Source: a virus
Taxonomy: Duplodnaviria; Caudoviricetes
Reading direction: 5' to 3' (one strand)
IMG/VR virus record: IMGVR_UViG_3300011443_000025
Coordinates: 1-42,252 of that record
Length of the DNA: 42,252 nucleotides
Shown piece by piece: positions 19,183-28,259 of this stretch. The stretch's first letter is position 1. Each line of letters starts with the position of its first letter. The notes under the pieces are model-generated. The model was not told the origin of the DNA. It saw only the letters and a program-made list of their open reading frames with translations, and did no database searches. Made by a program: the position numbers and the translations under genes.

Positions 19183-19488
19183 ATGGTGATCGAACTGTTG
19201 ATCGCGGGTCTGTTGAGTCAAGGCCCGAGCCAGGCGCCACGGGCGCCCGCGACGCCGGCAGACGCCGTCCCGCCGTCACCAGCGTTGTCCGAGCTGCACC
19301 AGGCGCAGGTTGAAGCGCATCTGCTGCGCGTCAAGACGCTGCAGCTCGAAGTCCAACTCCAGCAGATGGTGCTCTCGGAGCAGCGCACGAAGCTCGAGGC
19401 GGCCATCGTCGCCGACCACCCGGGCTGGACGATGAATTGGGAGAAGGGCGTGCTCGTGCCGGTGCCGCCGAAGGGGACGCAACCATGA
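19183..19488 (+). CDS. Hypothetical protein with hydrophobic N-terminus and coiled coil
   Basis: MVIELLIAGLLSQ, a Pro/Ala linker and a Leu/Gln heptad segment; coupled to the next gene. Confidence 0.6.
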   Translation: MVIELLIAGLLSQGPSQAPRAPATPADAVPPSPALSELHQAQVEAHLLRVKTLQLEVQLQQMVLSEQRTKLEAAIVADHPGWTMNWEKGVLVPVPPKGTQP

Positions 19489-21293
19489 GTGAACGACTGC
19501 CGACGGGCCCGGTGGCGCTGTTCGCGCCGAGTCATCAGACCTACGTGTGCGCGGAGATTACGACCGACCCGCCCGTCGTCGTGTGCAACCGCGGCGCGCG
19601 TGGCCCGTGGGAAAACTTCACGCTGGAACCGGGCGAGCAGCCGGACACGGTCGCCTTTCGCGCGGCCAACGGGCGGTACATGCGCGCGCTGGAGTCGCTC
19701 GAGGTCATCGCCGACGCCGAGCGCATCCAGTCGTGGGAGTCGTACACGCGCGTGCGCAACGAGGACGGCACGTCGGCGTTCAAGACGGCGCACGGCAAGT
19801 ACCTGCGCGCCGTCGATACCGGCGAGCTGCTCGGCGACGCCGAGCGCATCGGCGCGTGGGAGTCCTTCGAGACGGAAGGGTGGATCGACGCCGTCCGCGG
19901 CGGGGGCGTGACCCTGCTGCACGGCCGGGTGACGCACCAGGGCCGGGCCCTCGTGGACGCCACCGGCCCGCGCGCCTACGCCGTCTGTCATTTCATGGAA
20001 GCCTTCAGCCTGTTCACGCGGAACGAAGGGACGGCCCGCGCGCAACTCGAGGCGGTCGCGCGCGTCTATCCGGCGATCCGCGTCTGCGACACGCTGGGCT
20101 ACTACGACTATTGGCGCGGGCGCGAAGTGGCGCCGCATGCGTTCACCGCGAAGGGCGGCTACGGGGTCCCGGCGACGCCGGACTACTGGGGCGCGCTCGT
20201 GCGCTTCTATCAGGTGCTCGCGTCGCTCGGCCTGAAGGCGCACCACAGCCGCGGCGACCTGCAGATGTTCGGCAGCCGCTCGGCCATCCGCGATCACATT
20301 GCGCAGGTCTGCCGCACGCTGCGCGACGCGGGTCTGCAGGACGTCGTCGAGATCCACGAGGTCTGCAACGAGCCGCCGTATAACGGCGTGCAGACGCCCG
20401 CGGATGCGCGCTATCTCGCCGGCGCCATTCGCACCGAGACGCCGGGGACGCTCGTGTGCCACGGGGCCCCGGGCAACAGTGAAGAGCCCGACGAGTTGCG
20501 CGCGTGGGCCGAAGGCGCCGACGTCGGCTCCGTGCACGGGCTGCGTCCGGGCCCGTGGGTGGACGTGCTGCGGCACATCTTCTCGATTCGCCGGGAAGGC
20601 TGGGGCGACCCGAACCAGTGCGGTATCCAGGGCGAGCCGTTTGGCCCCGGCGCGGATGTCTCGGGGACGCGGCACGACGGCGACCCGCTCGGCCGCAGTG
20701 ACGACGTGGAGTTCCTGGCCGCGGCGGGTCTGCTGTCCACCCTCACGGCGCAGCGGTGGTGCTACATGAGCGGCTACGGCGTGCGCTGGAACGGCGACTT
20801 GCACCGGCAGCCCGGCTTCGGCGAAGTGGCCCGTGCCGTCTCGTCGCTGCCCACCGACGTTTTCGGGTGGGACACCACGCGCGGCGGCAGCAGTAACAAC
20901 CCGTTCCGCTCGCCGACGGGCTACCACGGCGATCCTGGCGTCTCGAGCGGGCCGGCGCGCATTGACGGCGCGATTGCCGGCGACGGCCGCTACGGCGTGC
21001 TGGTGTACGGTGGCAAGGCGCCGTACGTGGTCGCCGCCACGCGGGCGCTCGCCTTCGACATCGTGAACCCGGCCACCCTGCAAGTGGAACAGACGGGCAC
21101 CCTGGCCGCGGGCCAGACGCTAACCCTGAGTTATCGCATCGGCCGCCTGCTGCGCGGCACGGTATCCGGCGGCAAGGCCGCGCCGCCGGCCGACGACGAG
21201 CCACCCACGACGAAGCCGCCGCGGACGCGCCGCGCGCCTGCGGCCACGAAGTCACCCGCGAAGGGCAGTAGACCCTCGACCAAGAAGAGGTAA
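19485..21293 (+). CDS. Fascin-like beta-trefoil plus clan GH-A-like TIM-barrel glycoside hydrolase
   Basis: Repeats WENFTL..VAFRAANGRYMRA / WESYT..AFKTAHGKYLRA / IGAWESF. Acid/base motif HEVCNEP and candidate nucleophile IQGEP. Basic disordered C-terminus. Start at ATG 19485. Confidence 0.72.
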   Translation: MSERLPTGPVALFAPSHQTYVCAEITTDPPVVVCNRGARGPWENFTLEPGEQPDTVAFRAANGRYMRALESLEVIADAERIQSWESYTRVRNEDGTSAFKTAHGKYLRAVDTGELLGDAERIGAWESFETEGWIDAVRGGGVTLLHGRVTHQGRALVDATGPRAYAVCHFMEAFSLFTRNEGTARAQLEAVARVYPAIRVCDTLGYYDYWRGREVAPHAFTAKGGYGVPATPDYWGALVRFYQVLASLGLKAHHSRGDLQMFGSRSAIRDHIAQVCRTLRDAGLQDVVEIHEVCNEPPYNGVQTPADARYLAGAIRTETPGTLVCHGAPGNSEEPDELRAWAEGADVGSVHGLRPGPWVDVLRHIFSIRREGWGDPNQCGIQGEPFGPGADVSGTRHDGDPLGRSDDVEFLAAAGLLSTLTAQRWCYMSGYGVRWNGDLHRQPGFGEVARAVSSLPTDVFGWDTTRGGSSNNPFRSPTGYHGDPGVSSGPARIDGAIAGDGRYGVLVYGGKAPYVVAATRALAFDIVNPATLQVEQTGTLAAGQTLTLSYRIGRLLRGTVSGGKAAPPADDEPPTTKPPRTRRAPAATKSPAKGSRPSTKKR

Positions 21294-21297
21294 CGCC

Positions 21298-21441
21298 ATG
21301 CGTGCGCCTTTAGCCTTACTGCTCGCGGACACGGTGCCACCGGACGACGAGCTGCCGCCGCCGGACGACGACGTGCCGGACGACGAGGATGACGACGAGG
21401 ACGAGGACGACGAGCCGGACGACGCGCCGACGGCCGGCTGA
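21298..21441 (+). CDS. Tiny highly acidic protein
   Basis: Not in the ORF track. RBS AAGAGG; 47 aa MRAPLALLLADTVPPDDELPPPDDDVPDDEDDDEDEDDEPDDAPTAG; TGATG coupling to the next gene. Confidence 0.55.
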   Translation: MRAPLALLLADTVPPDDELPPPDDDVPDDEDDDEDEDDEPDDAPTAG

Positions 21442-21950
21442 TGCGCGGGCCTCGGGCCCTCCTGGTGACGTGGCTGCTCGTGGTGGCGGCGCTCGTCGGC
21501 TGTGCGGCCCATCACGTCGGCACGAACACCGCGACGCAGCACGCCGGACAGACGGCGCTGGCGGTGGTCATCCGGCTCGGGCTCGTGATGGAGATGGGCA
21601 AGTCGGCCCACGCCACCGGGCGGCTGCCGACCGACGAGTACCTCGGCGCGCTGCACACGCTGAAGGCGGGGAACGATGCCGCGCTGGCGTTGGCGGATAG
21701 CCTGACGGTGCAGACGCCGCGCACGCGCGTGCTCGGCCAGAACGCCGTGAAGGTGCTGGGCGTGGTGTTGCCGCTCGTGGCCGACCAACTTGGGCACGTG
21801 GGCGCCTCGGTGGGCGACCTGCTGGCCGATGTGCGGCGCATCAGCGTGCAGCAGGCGCGTGAAGATGCGGCGGTGTTGGCGCTCTTACGCGACCGGGCGC
21901 GTGCGAATACGCAGGCGATTGCGATCGAACTCGAGCGGGTCACCCGCTGA
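21441..21950 (+). CDS. Predicted lipoprotein (possible spanin-like or exclusion role)
   Basis: MRGPRALLVTWLLVVAALVG|C lipobox; amphipathic helical body. Confidence 0.65.
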   Translation: MRGPRALLVTWLLVVAALVGCAAHHVGTNTATQHAGQTALAVVIRLGLVMEMGKSAHATGRLPTDEYLGALHTLKAGNDAALALADSLTVQTPRTRVLGQNAVKVLGVVLPLVADQLGHVGASVGDLLADVRRISVQQAREDAAVLALLRDRARANTQAIAIELERVTR

Positions 21951-21980
21951 CGTAAGGACAACCAGACAGGGAGGACACCC

Positions 21981-22400
21981 ATGGCGGGATTCGTGTTCAA
22001 CGAAGGGGCCGATAGTCTGCTCGACGGCACCATCAACTGGGCCAGCGACACCATCAAGGCGCGGCCGGTGACCACGGCCACCGAGGCGGCCGTCAGCAAG
22101 GACGCCACCGTCATGACCGGCATCGGCTCGACGGGCTACGACGTCACGCTCGGCACCAAGACGCGCGTGAAGGACGACACGACTGACCGGGTCTACTACG
22201 ACGTGGCCGACTTTGCCTTCGCGGCCGTGCTCGGCGCCGTCGGGGAGGTCAATCACTTCGTCGTGTTCAAGTTCGTCACCAACGACGCGGCGAGCATCCC
22301 GATCGCGAAGGTGGCGATGACGGCCATCACGCCGAATGGCGGGGATATCAACGTCGCCGTCGCCGCGCCTCCGGCAGGTCTCTTCTACACGCAGCAGTAG
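21981..22400 (+). CDS. Putative virion/tail-associated protein
   Basis: Strong RBS GGAGG. LLDGTINWASDTIKA...TPNGGDINV is a pattern seen in phage tail accessory proteins. Confidence 0.7.
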   Translation: MAGFVFNEGADSLLDGTINWASDTIKARPVTTATEAAVSKDATVMTGIGSTGYDVTLGTKTRVKDDTTDRVYYDVADFAFAAVLGAVGEVNHFVVFKFVTNDAASIPIAKVAMTAITPNGGDINVAVAAPPAGLFYTQQ

Positions 22401-22402
22401 CC

Positions 22403-23698
22403 ATGCCGCTGCCCACGACCAACCTGCTCGCGCGGTACGTCGGCGGAACCGGGATCACCATCACCGGTGCCGGCGTGTCGGCGTGGGCGGACCAGTCCGG
22501 CAACGGGCACCACGCCACGCAGACGACCGATGCCAATCGGCCGACGACCAAGGTCGTGCGCGGGCGGGCGTCGGTGTCGTTCTCCGGGTCCACGTACCTC
22601 AGCTTGCCCGGCACGCTCACCGTCGATCGGCAGGCGTGCGCCATCTTCGTCTGCTGCCGCCAGCGCCAAGGCGGCGGGCCGTTGACGCTCGTCCACTTCG
22701 ACAACAACAGCGTGGACCTCGTGCTGTACCTCGCGTCTACGACCGGCACCGTCAAGCCCGCGGTCTACACCAACGGCGGCGCGCGGCTGGGCAGCTTCCG
22801 TGCCGGGCACGGCGTCTCGACGGTCGGCGTCATCTGCGGGGCGAGCACCAACATGACCCTCGTGCACGACGGGCGCATCGAGACGCTGACGGGCAACGCG
22901 GCCGGCAGCTTCACGGGCGGCTTCATCGGCCAATGGAACGGCGATACGTTCCGGTTCGTCGGCGAAATCTACGAGATCGCCATCTACGCGGCCGCGGTCG
23001 ATAGCCCGACGCGCGAGCAGGTCGTGGATTACTTCGCCGCCACGTGGCAGGCCACGGCGCGCACGTCCGACGTCTTCGTCGTCTATGAAGGCGACAGCAT
23101 CACGGAGGGCAGCACCGTACCGCCCTCGGCCGATCGGTCGTACCCGCTGCACGTGGCGACGCAGGCCCGCCTGGTGGCGGTGCCCAAGTGGTTCAACGAC
23201 GCCGCCGGGGGCAACAAAATCTCCGGCACGGGCGGGATGGCGGAGCAGACGCAGGTCACGGCCGAACTGGCGGGCAACACCGCGTCCGGCACGCGTCTCG
23301 CTGTCCTCTTGGGCGGGGTGAACGACCTCAACACCGGGGCGACGTCGGCCGCGATCATCGCCGCGATGGACACGTGGATTGCCGGTCGGCAGGGCGAGGG
23401 CGCCACGGTCTATGTCTGCACCATCACGCCGACGAGTGACTTCGACGGGACCGAGACGACGCGGTGGAACGCGGTGAACACGCACATCCGATCGACGGCC
23501 ACGCATAACGGCTATATCGAGCTGGCGCTCGACGCGCGGCTCAGCAACCCGGCCAACACGACGTACTACCAGGGCGACGCGCTGCACTTGACCGAAGCCG
23601 GGCACGCCGTCGTCGCGGAACTCGTGTCGGCTCGACTGATCGCGGATGGCTACTTGACGCGCACGCCGCCACCCGGCACGCGGCGGTGGAGTTACTGA
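22403..23698 (+). CDS. Lectin/LamG-like domain plus SGNH/GDSL esterase
   Basis: VSAWADQSGNGHHATQ...GEIYEIAIY (LamG-like). SGNH blocks GDSITEG, GGVND and DALH. Confidence 0.85.
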   Translation: MPLPTTNLLARYVGGTGITITGAGVSAWADQSGNGHHATQTTDANRPTTKVVRGRASVSFSGSTYLSLPGTLTVDRQACAIFVCCRQRQGGGPLTLVHFDNNSVDLVLYLASTTGTVKPAVYTNGGARLGSFRAGHGVSTVGVICGASTNMTLVHDGRIETLTGNAAGSFTGGFIGQWNGDTFRFVGEIYEIAIYAAAVDSPTREQVVDYFAATWQATARTSDVFVVYEGDSITEGSTVPPSADRSYPLHVATQARLVAVPKWFNDAAGGNKISGTGGMAEQTQVTAELAGNTASGTRLAVLLGGVNDLNTGATSAAIIAAMDTWIAGRQGEGATVYVCTITPTSDFDGTETTRWNAVNTHIRSTATHNGYIELALDARLSNPANTTYYQGDALHLTEAGHAVVAELVSARLIADGYLTRTPPPGTRRWSY

Positions 23699-24069
23699 TG
23701 GCGCAGCTCGTGATCCGCATCGTGGACCGGACGCATCCCGATCCGACCGTGGCCGCGACGCTCTACACCCGCGGCGATGTCGTGGACGTGTTCCCTGATG
23801 GGCAGCTCACCGTGCCACAGGCCCACCCGCAGTGGGCGGTGCTCGAGGTGGCGGGCCTGGAGGTGGAGCACGCGAAGGCGGTCTTGACGGCGCAGGACTG
23901 CGACGAGGACGGCGTGGTCATCCGCCGCCGGCTACGCGCGCTCCATTGGCCGACGCTCCCGTCGGCGATCCGCGACGCCTTGCTCACCGCCCGGCACGCC
24001 GCCCTGCAGGTCGATGACCTACGCGGGTGCATTCGCCACAAGCGCACGGGCGCCACCGAGGATCTGTAA
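23698..24069 (+). CDS. Hypothetical protein
   Basis: TGATG coupling; MAQLVIRIVD...YTRGDVVDVFPDG. Confidence 0.6.
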   Translation: MAQLVIRIVDRTHPDPTVAATLYTRGDVVDVFPDGQLTVPQAHPQWAVLEVAGLEVEHAKAVLTAQDCDEDGVVIRRRLRALHWPTLPSAIRDALLTARHAALQVDDLRGCIRHKRTGATEDL

Positions 24070-25131
24070 ATGGCACTGCCACCACAGTACGTCGTGATCG
24101 GCTCATCGGGCGGCGACGGGTCCACGAACAACACGTCAGGGAGTACGGCCGCCTTTGCCTCTCTCGCCACCTGGGAGGATACGGCGGACGGCATCGCCGC
24201 GCCGACCGACCAGCTGACCGTCTATTGCTCGACGTCCAACGGCAACGCGGACACGACGGCCGTTACCCTCTCCGGGTGGGTCTCGTCGCCGGTCTCCACG
24301 AACTACCTCCAGATCCAGGCCGCGTCCACGGACAAGGCGGGGACGTCCTGGAACCCGGCCAAGTATCGGCTCCAGGCGACGAGCGCGACGGCGCTGTCGT
24401 TGGCGTTCGACTATGTGCGGGTGGTCGATCTCCAAATCACGACGACGCCCAACGCGAACAACCAGGCGGTCATTGCGTTCACGGGCAACAACGTCGCCAA
24501 CGACATGCGGATCAGCGGGTGTCTGCTGAAGCAGGGCGGCACCGTCAATCGTGAGCCGGTCATCTATTGTCCGACGTCGGTCAACACGATCCTGAAGGTC
24601 TGGAACACGATCTGCTACGGGAACGGGTCGTCGCTGAACGCCAATAGTTCAGGGATCGCCGCGCTCTCGTGCGCCTCGGTCGATGTCTACAATTGCACGC
24701 TGGTCGGCGGCACGTACGGCGTCTATCGCGTGACAGGCACGGTCACGCTCCGGAACACGTACTGCTCCGGCGTCACCGCGAGCACGTCCGGGACGATCAC
24801 CGCGACCTATTCCGCCTTCTCGGATGCGGGCGTGGCCGGCACGGGGAACGTGGCGAGCGTCGCGAAGTCCATCTCGGCGGGCGCGTACTTTACGAACGTC
24901 ACCGCCGGCTCGGAGAACTGGGCGATTGCGTCGGCCAGTTCGGCGCTCGACAACGTCGGCACGGACGTCAGCGGCGGCACGGCGCCGCTCAACTACACGG
25001 TGGATATTCTCGGCACGACGCGGTCGGCCTACGACATCGGCGCGCACGAGCTCGTGGTCGGTGGCGGCGGCGGCGTGCCCGTGCCGGTCCTGCTCGCCCG
25101 CGCGACCTCTCTCGGAACCGGAGCACGCTGA
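24070..25131 (+). CDS. Putative right-handed beta-helix (pectin-lyase-like) virion protein
   Basis: FASLATWE start, Asn/Cys-ladder repeats (VWNTICYG, VYNCTLVG, LRNTYCSG) and a DILGTTRSAYDIGAHE end motif. Confidence 0.65.
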   Translation: MALPPQYVVIGSSGGDGSTNNTSGSTAAFASLATWEDTADGIAAPTDQLTVYCSTSNGNADTTAVTLSGWVSSPVSTNYLQIQAASTDKAGTSWNPAKYRLQATSATALSLAFDYVRVVDLQITTTPNANNQAVIAFTGNNVANDMRISGCLLKQGGTVNREPVIYCPTSVNTILKVWNTICYGNGSSLNANSSGIAALSCASVDVYNCTLVGGTYGVYRVTGTVTLRNTYCSGVTASTSGTITATYSAFSDAGVAGTGNVASVAKSISAGAYFTNVTAGSENWAIASASSALDNVGTDVSGGTAPLNYTVDILGTTRSAYDIGAHELVVGGGGGVPVPVLLARATSLGTGAR

Positions 25132-25805
25132 TGTACCCACGCAACGCCGCCTCACCGCCACGCCTCTCCATCGGCGCCGTCGTCCAGATCAGCGATGGGG
25201 CCGTCCAGACCAGCGGCGTCAGTCTCAAGGTGCGGCCTGAGGGCGGGGCCGCGTCGGCGGGGGGCGGCACGACCGCCTACGAAGAGGGCATCGTCCTCTA
25301 CACGCCGACGCAAGCCGAGACGGACTACACCGCGTTTGTGGTCATCGCGTACAAGACCGGCTGCGTGCCGGTAAGCCTGGCCGTGGTGACGACGGCGAGC
25401 GCCACCGCCGGCAAGGTGGACGTGGGGGTCATCAGCACGGGTGCCATCACGGCGGCGGCGATTGCCAATGACGCCATCGACTCGGCGGCCCTGGCGAGCG
25501 ACGTCACGACGCGCATCGAGGCGTCGGTCTGGGATGCCGTTCGCAGTGGGCACGTGACGTCGGGGACGTTCGGCGACGTGGACACGACGGCCGAACTGGC
25601 CGACGCGGTGCTCGATGAAGTCGTGGAGGGCAGCTACACGCTCCGTCAGTTGATTCGCCTGATTGCGGCCTCGACCGCCGCCAAGCTCACGGGCGCGGCC
25701 ACGTCTACCGTGACCGTGCGCGACTTCGCGGACAGCAAGAACCGGATCACTGCCACGGTGGACGCCGATGGCAACCGTACGCCCACGGCCTACGACGTGT
25801 CGTAG
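25131..25805 (+). CDS. Putative tail fibre-associated structural protein
   Basis: TGATG coupling; YTPTQAETD, GAITAAAIANDAI and RITATVDADGNRT motifs. Confidence 0.62.
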   Translation: MYPRNAASPPRLSIGAVVQISDGAVQTSGVSLKVRPEGGAASAGGGTTAYEEGIVLYTPTQAETDYTAFVVIAYKTGCVPVSLAVVTTASATAGKVDVGVISTGAITAAAIANDAIDSAALASDVTTRIEASVWDAVRSGHVTSGTFGDVDTTAELADAVLDEVVEGSYTLRQLIRLIAASTAAKLTGAATSTVTVRDFADSKNRITATVDADGNRTPTAYDVS

Positions 25806-25810
25806 CGGCC

Positions 25811-26338
25811 ATGTTCGCGCCTCGGTTCTTCGCGCCTCGGTTCTTCGCGCGCCGGTTCTTCCCGCCGCGTCCGGCTAGTCTCGGCCAGAACGCGACCGCC
25901 ACCGCGAGCAACGCCACGTGGACGACGGCCGCGGCCACCGCCACCCCCGGCGCCCTGACGGCGACCAGCACCGCGAGCGCCGCCGCGTGGAGCACCGGCC
26001 CGGCCATCGCCACGGGCGGCAACAGCGTCGCCAGTGTCGCGGCCGTCGTGACATGGGTGACGGCCGCGGCCACCGCGTCGTCGAGTGCCGCGGGCGTTAC
26101 CAGCACGCCGGCCCTGACGACGTGGACGGTGCCCGCGAGCACGGCCACGGCGGGTGCCCGCACGGCGACGGCCACGGCGTCCGTCGTGACGTGGGTGGCG
26201 GCCGACGCGCGTGCGGCGGATGGCGAAATCCCGACCTATGTCGGGCTCGACCTCGCCGGAGCCGCCGCGGGTGGCCCCAGCGTCACGGCGGCCGTCGGCC
26301 GTCCCACCCTCACCGCGCGCACGCACCGGTCGGAGTAG
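25811..26338 (+). CDS. Ala/Thr-rich repeat protein with N-terminal FAPRF repeats
   Basis: MFAPRFFAPRFFARRFFPP, encoded by 15-nt repeats, then about five W-anchored Ala/Thr repeats. Confidence 0.6.
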   Translation: MFAPRFFAPRFFARRFFPPRPASLGQNATATASNATWTTAAATATPGALTATSTASAAAWSTGPAIATGGNSVASVAAVVTWVTAAATASSSAAGVTSTPALTTWTVPASTATAGARTATATASVVTWVAADARAADGEIPTYVGLDLAGAAAGGPSVTAAVGRPTLTARTHRSE

Positions 26339-26340
26339 CC

Positions 26341-26724
26341 ATGTCCATCACGCTCGGCACCGTCATCACGCTCGACGACGTCCTCACCGAAGGCGCCGAC
26401 GCCCAGTACGTCGATCTCGACCTCGTGGATGCCGAGGGCACGCCCATCGCACCCATCGCGGTCACGTCCATCGTGGGCACGCTGCGCTCGCTCGACACGG
26501 AGGCGCTGCTGTTTGCCGACGCGGACCTCGTGGCCACCGGCCGGGCGTCGAATCCGCCGGGCGCACCCGGTCGCCTGCGCATCACGTTCACGGCGGCCGA
26601 CCTGGCGGCGACCGGCGCGCGCCAACTCCAGCGGCGCATGCTGACCGTCGTCGCCACGCACAGCGACGGCCTGCTGTTCCATTGCGGCGTCGTGTTCAGC
26701 CTGGTCACGCTGGCCGACGCCTGA
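26341..26724 (+). CDS. Hypothetical beta-sandwich structural/adaptor protein
   Basis: RBS GGAG; LVDAEGTPI...GRLRITFTAADLA pattern. Confidence 0.55.
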   Translation: MSITLGTVITLDDVLTEGADAQYVDLDLVDAEGTPIAPIAVTSIVGTLRSLDTEALLFADADLVATGRASNPPGAPGRLRITFTAADLAATGARQLQRRMLTVVATHSDGLLFHCGVVFSLVTLADA

Positions 26725-26738
26725 GAGGACGACCCATC

Positions 26739-28124
26739 ATGGCGGACCAGACGGTGATCACAGTGGTGAGTGGGCCTGGCGTGGTCACGCTGGGCGTTAC
26801 GGCGTTGCCGACGGTGAGCCTCTCGCCCGGGCCGACGGTCGCCGAAGGGGAGCCGGCCACGTTTCTCGTGGCGCTCACGGCGTCCACCGCGGTGGAGGTG
26901 TGGGTGGACTATGCGACCGCCGATGACACGGCCCTGGCCGGTGTGGACTATGAGGCGGCCGCGGGCACGGTGTGCGTGGCCGCCGGGGCTGTCACCGCCG
27001 CGATCACGGTGCCCACGTCCGCGCGGGCTCCCGTGTCGCCGGCGCGGGCGTTCACGGTCACGATTCGTGACGCGCGGGCCGTGGCCGGCGGGTCCACGGT
27101 GGCGCTCGGGCTGACCACGACCACGGCGACCGCGACGATCCAGGGTGACCCGGTGCCGGTGCGCCCGACGGGTGAAGGGCCGCATGACTTCTTCGACGCG
27201 TGGGTCGCCTCCCCGGCGCACCACTCCAGCAATTCGCTGCGCTCGATCGCGGACATCGTGCGCGTCGGGGGCAAGTCGGTGCTGGAACAGTGGACCTACG
27301 ATGCCGCCCGGGACGCCGCGCACCTGTTTCGGACCAGCTACGAGAACAACCCCGCGTGGGGCAGCTGGAACGGCCATCAGCTCAAGTTCCCGATCGCCCC
27401 GCTCGTCAAGGGCCGCGTGCTGGTCATCTGGGACGAGCTGTTCTCGGAGTCGTTCCGCACCGGGTGCGGTGGACAGACCGGCGTCTACGCCTACAAGGCC
27501 ATGCAGATGATGCTGCAGGGGGATGCGGGCTGGTGGACGCTGATGCATCTGCCGGGTGTCGTCTACAACAACGTGGGCGGCAAGTTCCCGCCCGAGACCG
27601 GCTACACCGTCACGACCGAGTTCCGCGCGCCTGGGCGTGTGGACCTGTTACCGGCCGGCCTGCACAGTGCCGAGACGGTCATCCCGGCTGGTCCGGGGAC
27701 CGCCGCGCAGGCGCCCGCGCCCGGGGCGACCCCGATGCCCCATAGCGTCTGGGTCCGCAACTGGGTCGAGATCGTCCACCTGCAGCCGCCCGAGGCGTTC
27801 GGCGACTGGAACCAGACCTACGCCGTCACCGTGCAGCCCAATCCGTCGCCGCTCTCGAACGGCTGCTGGCACATGGTGTCGCACTGGATGGCCTCCGAGA
27901 TCAGCGACCCGGTGCGCATCCTCTACCGCGTCCCGATGTGGATGCAGGAGGCCTGGGCCGACGCGCCGTACCTGGCGTGGATGCGCTTCGAGCTGAACTC
28001 GTCCAAGCACGGCGCGACGGCGCCGCTGCAGGTGTGGGGCCGCAACGTGATCGTGCTCAAGGATCTGGTCACCGACGACACCGACACGCAGCTGTTCCGG
28101 CGCCCGGTGGCCACGCCCGTGTGA
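26739..28124 (+). CDS. Calx-beta domain plus Trp-rich C-terminal domain (possible lectin or lyase)
   Basis: VAEGEPATFLVAL...VDYATADDTALAGVDYEAAAGTV is Calx-beta. RBS GAGAGGA before ATG 26739. Confidence 0.72.
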   Translation: MADQTVITVVSGPGVVTLGVTALPTVSLSPGPTVAEGEPATFLVALTASTAVEVWVDYATADDTALAGVDYEAAAGTVCVAAGAVTAAITVPTSARAPVSPARAFTVTIRDARAVAGGSTVALGLTTTTATATIQGDPVPVRPTGEGPHDFFDAWVASPAHHSSNSLRSIADIVRVGGKSVLEQWTYDAARDAAHLFRTSYENNPAWGSWNGHQLKFPIAPLVKGRVLVIWDELFSESFRTGCGGQTGVYAYKAMQMMLQGDAGWWTLMHLPGVVYNNVGGKFPPETGYTVTTEFRAPGRVDLLPAGLHSAETVIPAGPGTAAQAPAPGATPMPHSVWVRNWVEIVHLQPPEAFGDWNQTYAVTVQPNPSPLSNGCWHMVSHWMASEISDPVRILYRVPMWMQEAWADAPYLAWMRFELNSSKHGATAPLQVWGRNVIVLKDLVTDDTDTQLFRRPVATPV

Positions 28125-28259
28125 CGTCAGAGGGGGCTGCGGGCGTCGGCGCTTCTGCCGGCGACGTGGTGCTGACACCGACGGGGCGACCCTTGGTACC
28201 GGCAGGCTGGGCACCCGGCCGGCGCCACCCCGTCGGCCCTCGCGAGCACTGGGGGACGC

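Noticed and set aside
3536-21083. Long antisense ORFs (e.g. 3536-5182, 6993-8792, 16410-17777, 19218-21083)
   Set aside because: These are shadow frames of high-GC coding genes: Arg/Pro/Ala-rich, without motifs, and fully overlapping well-supported plus-strand genes.
21340-21425. GACGAC/GAGGAC microsatellite as a DNA-level element
   Set aside because: It is explained by the Asp/Glu codons of the small acidic ORF 21298-21441.
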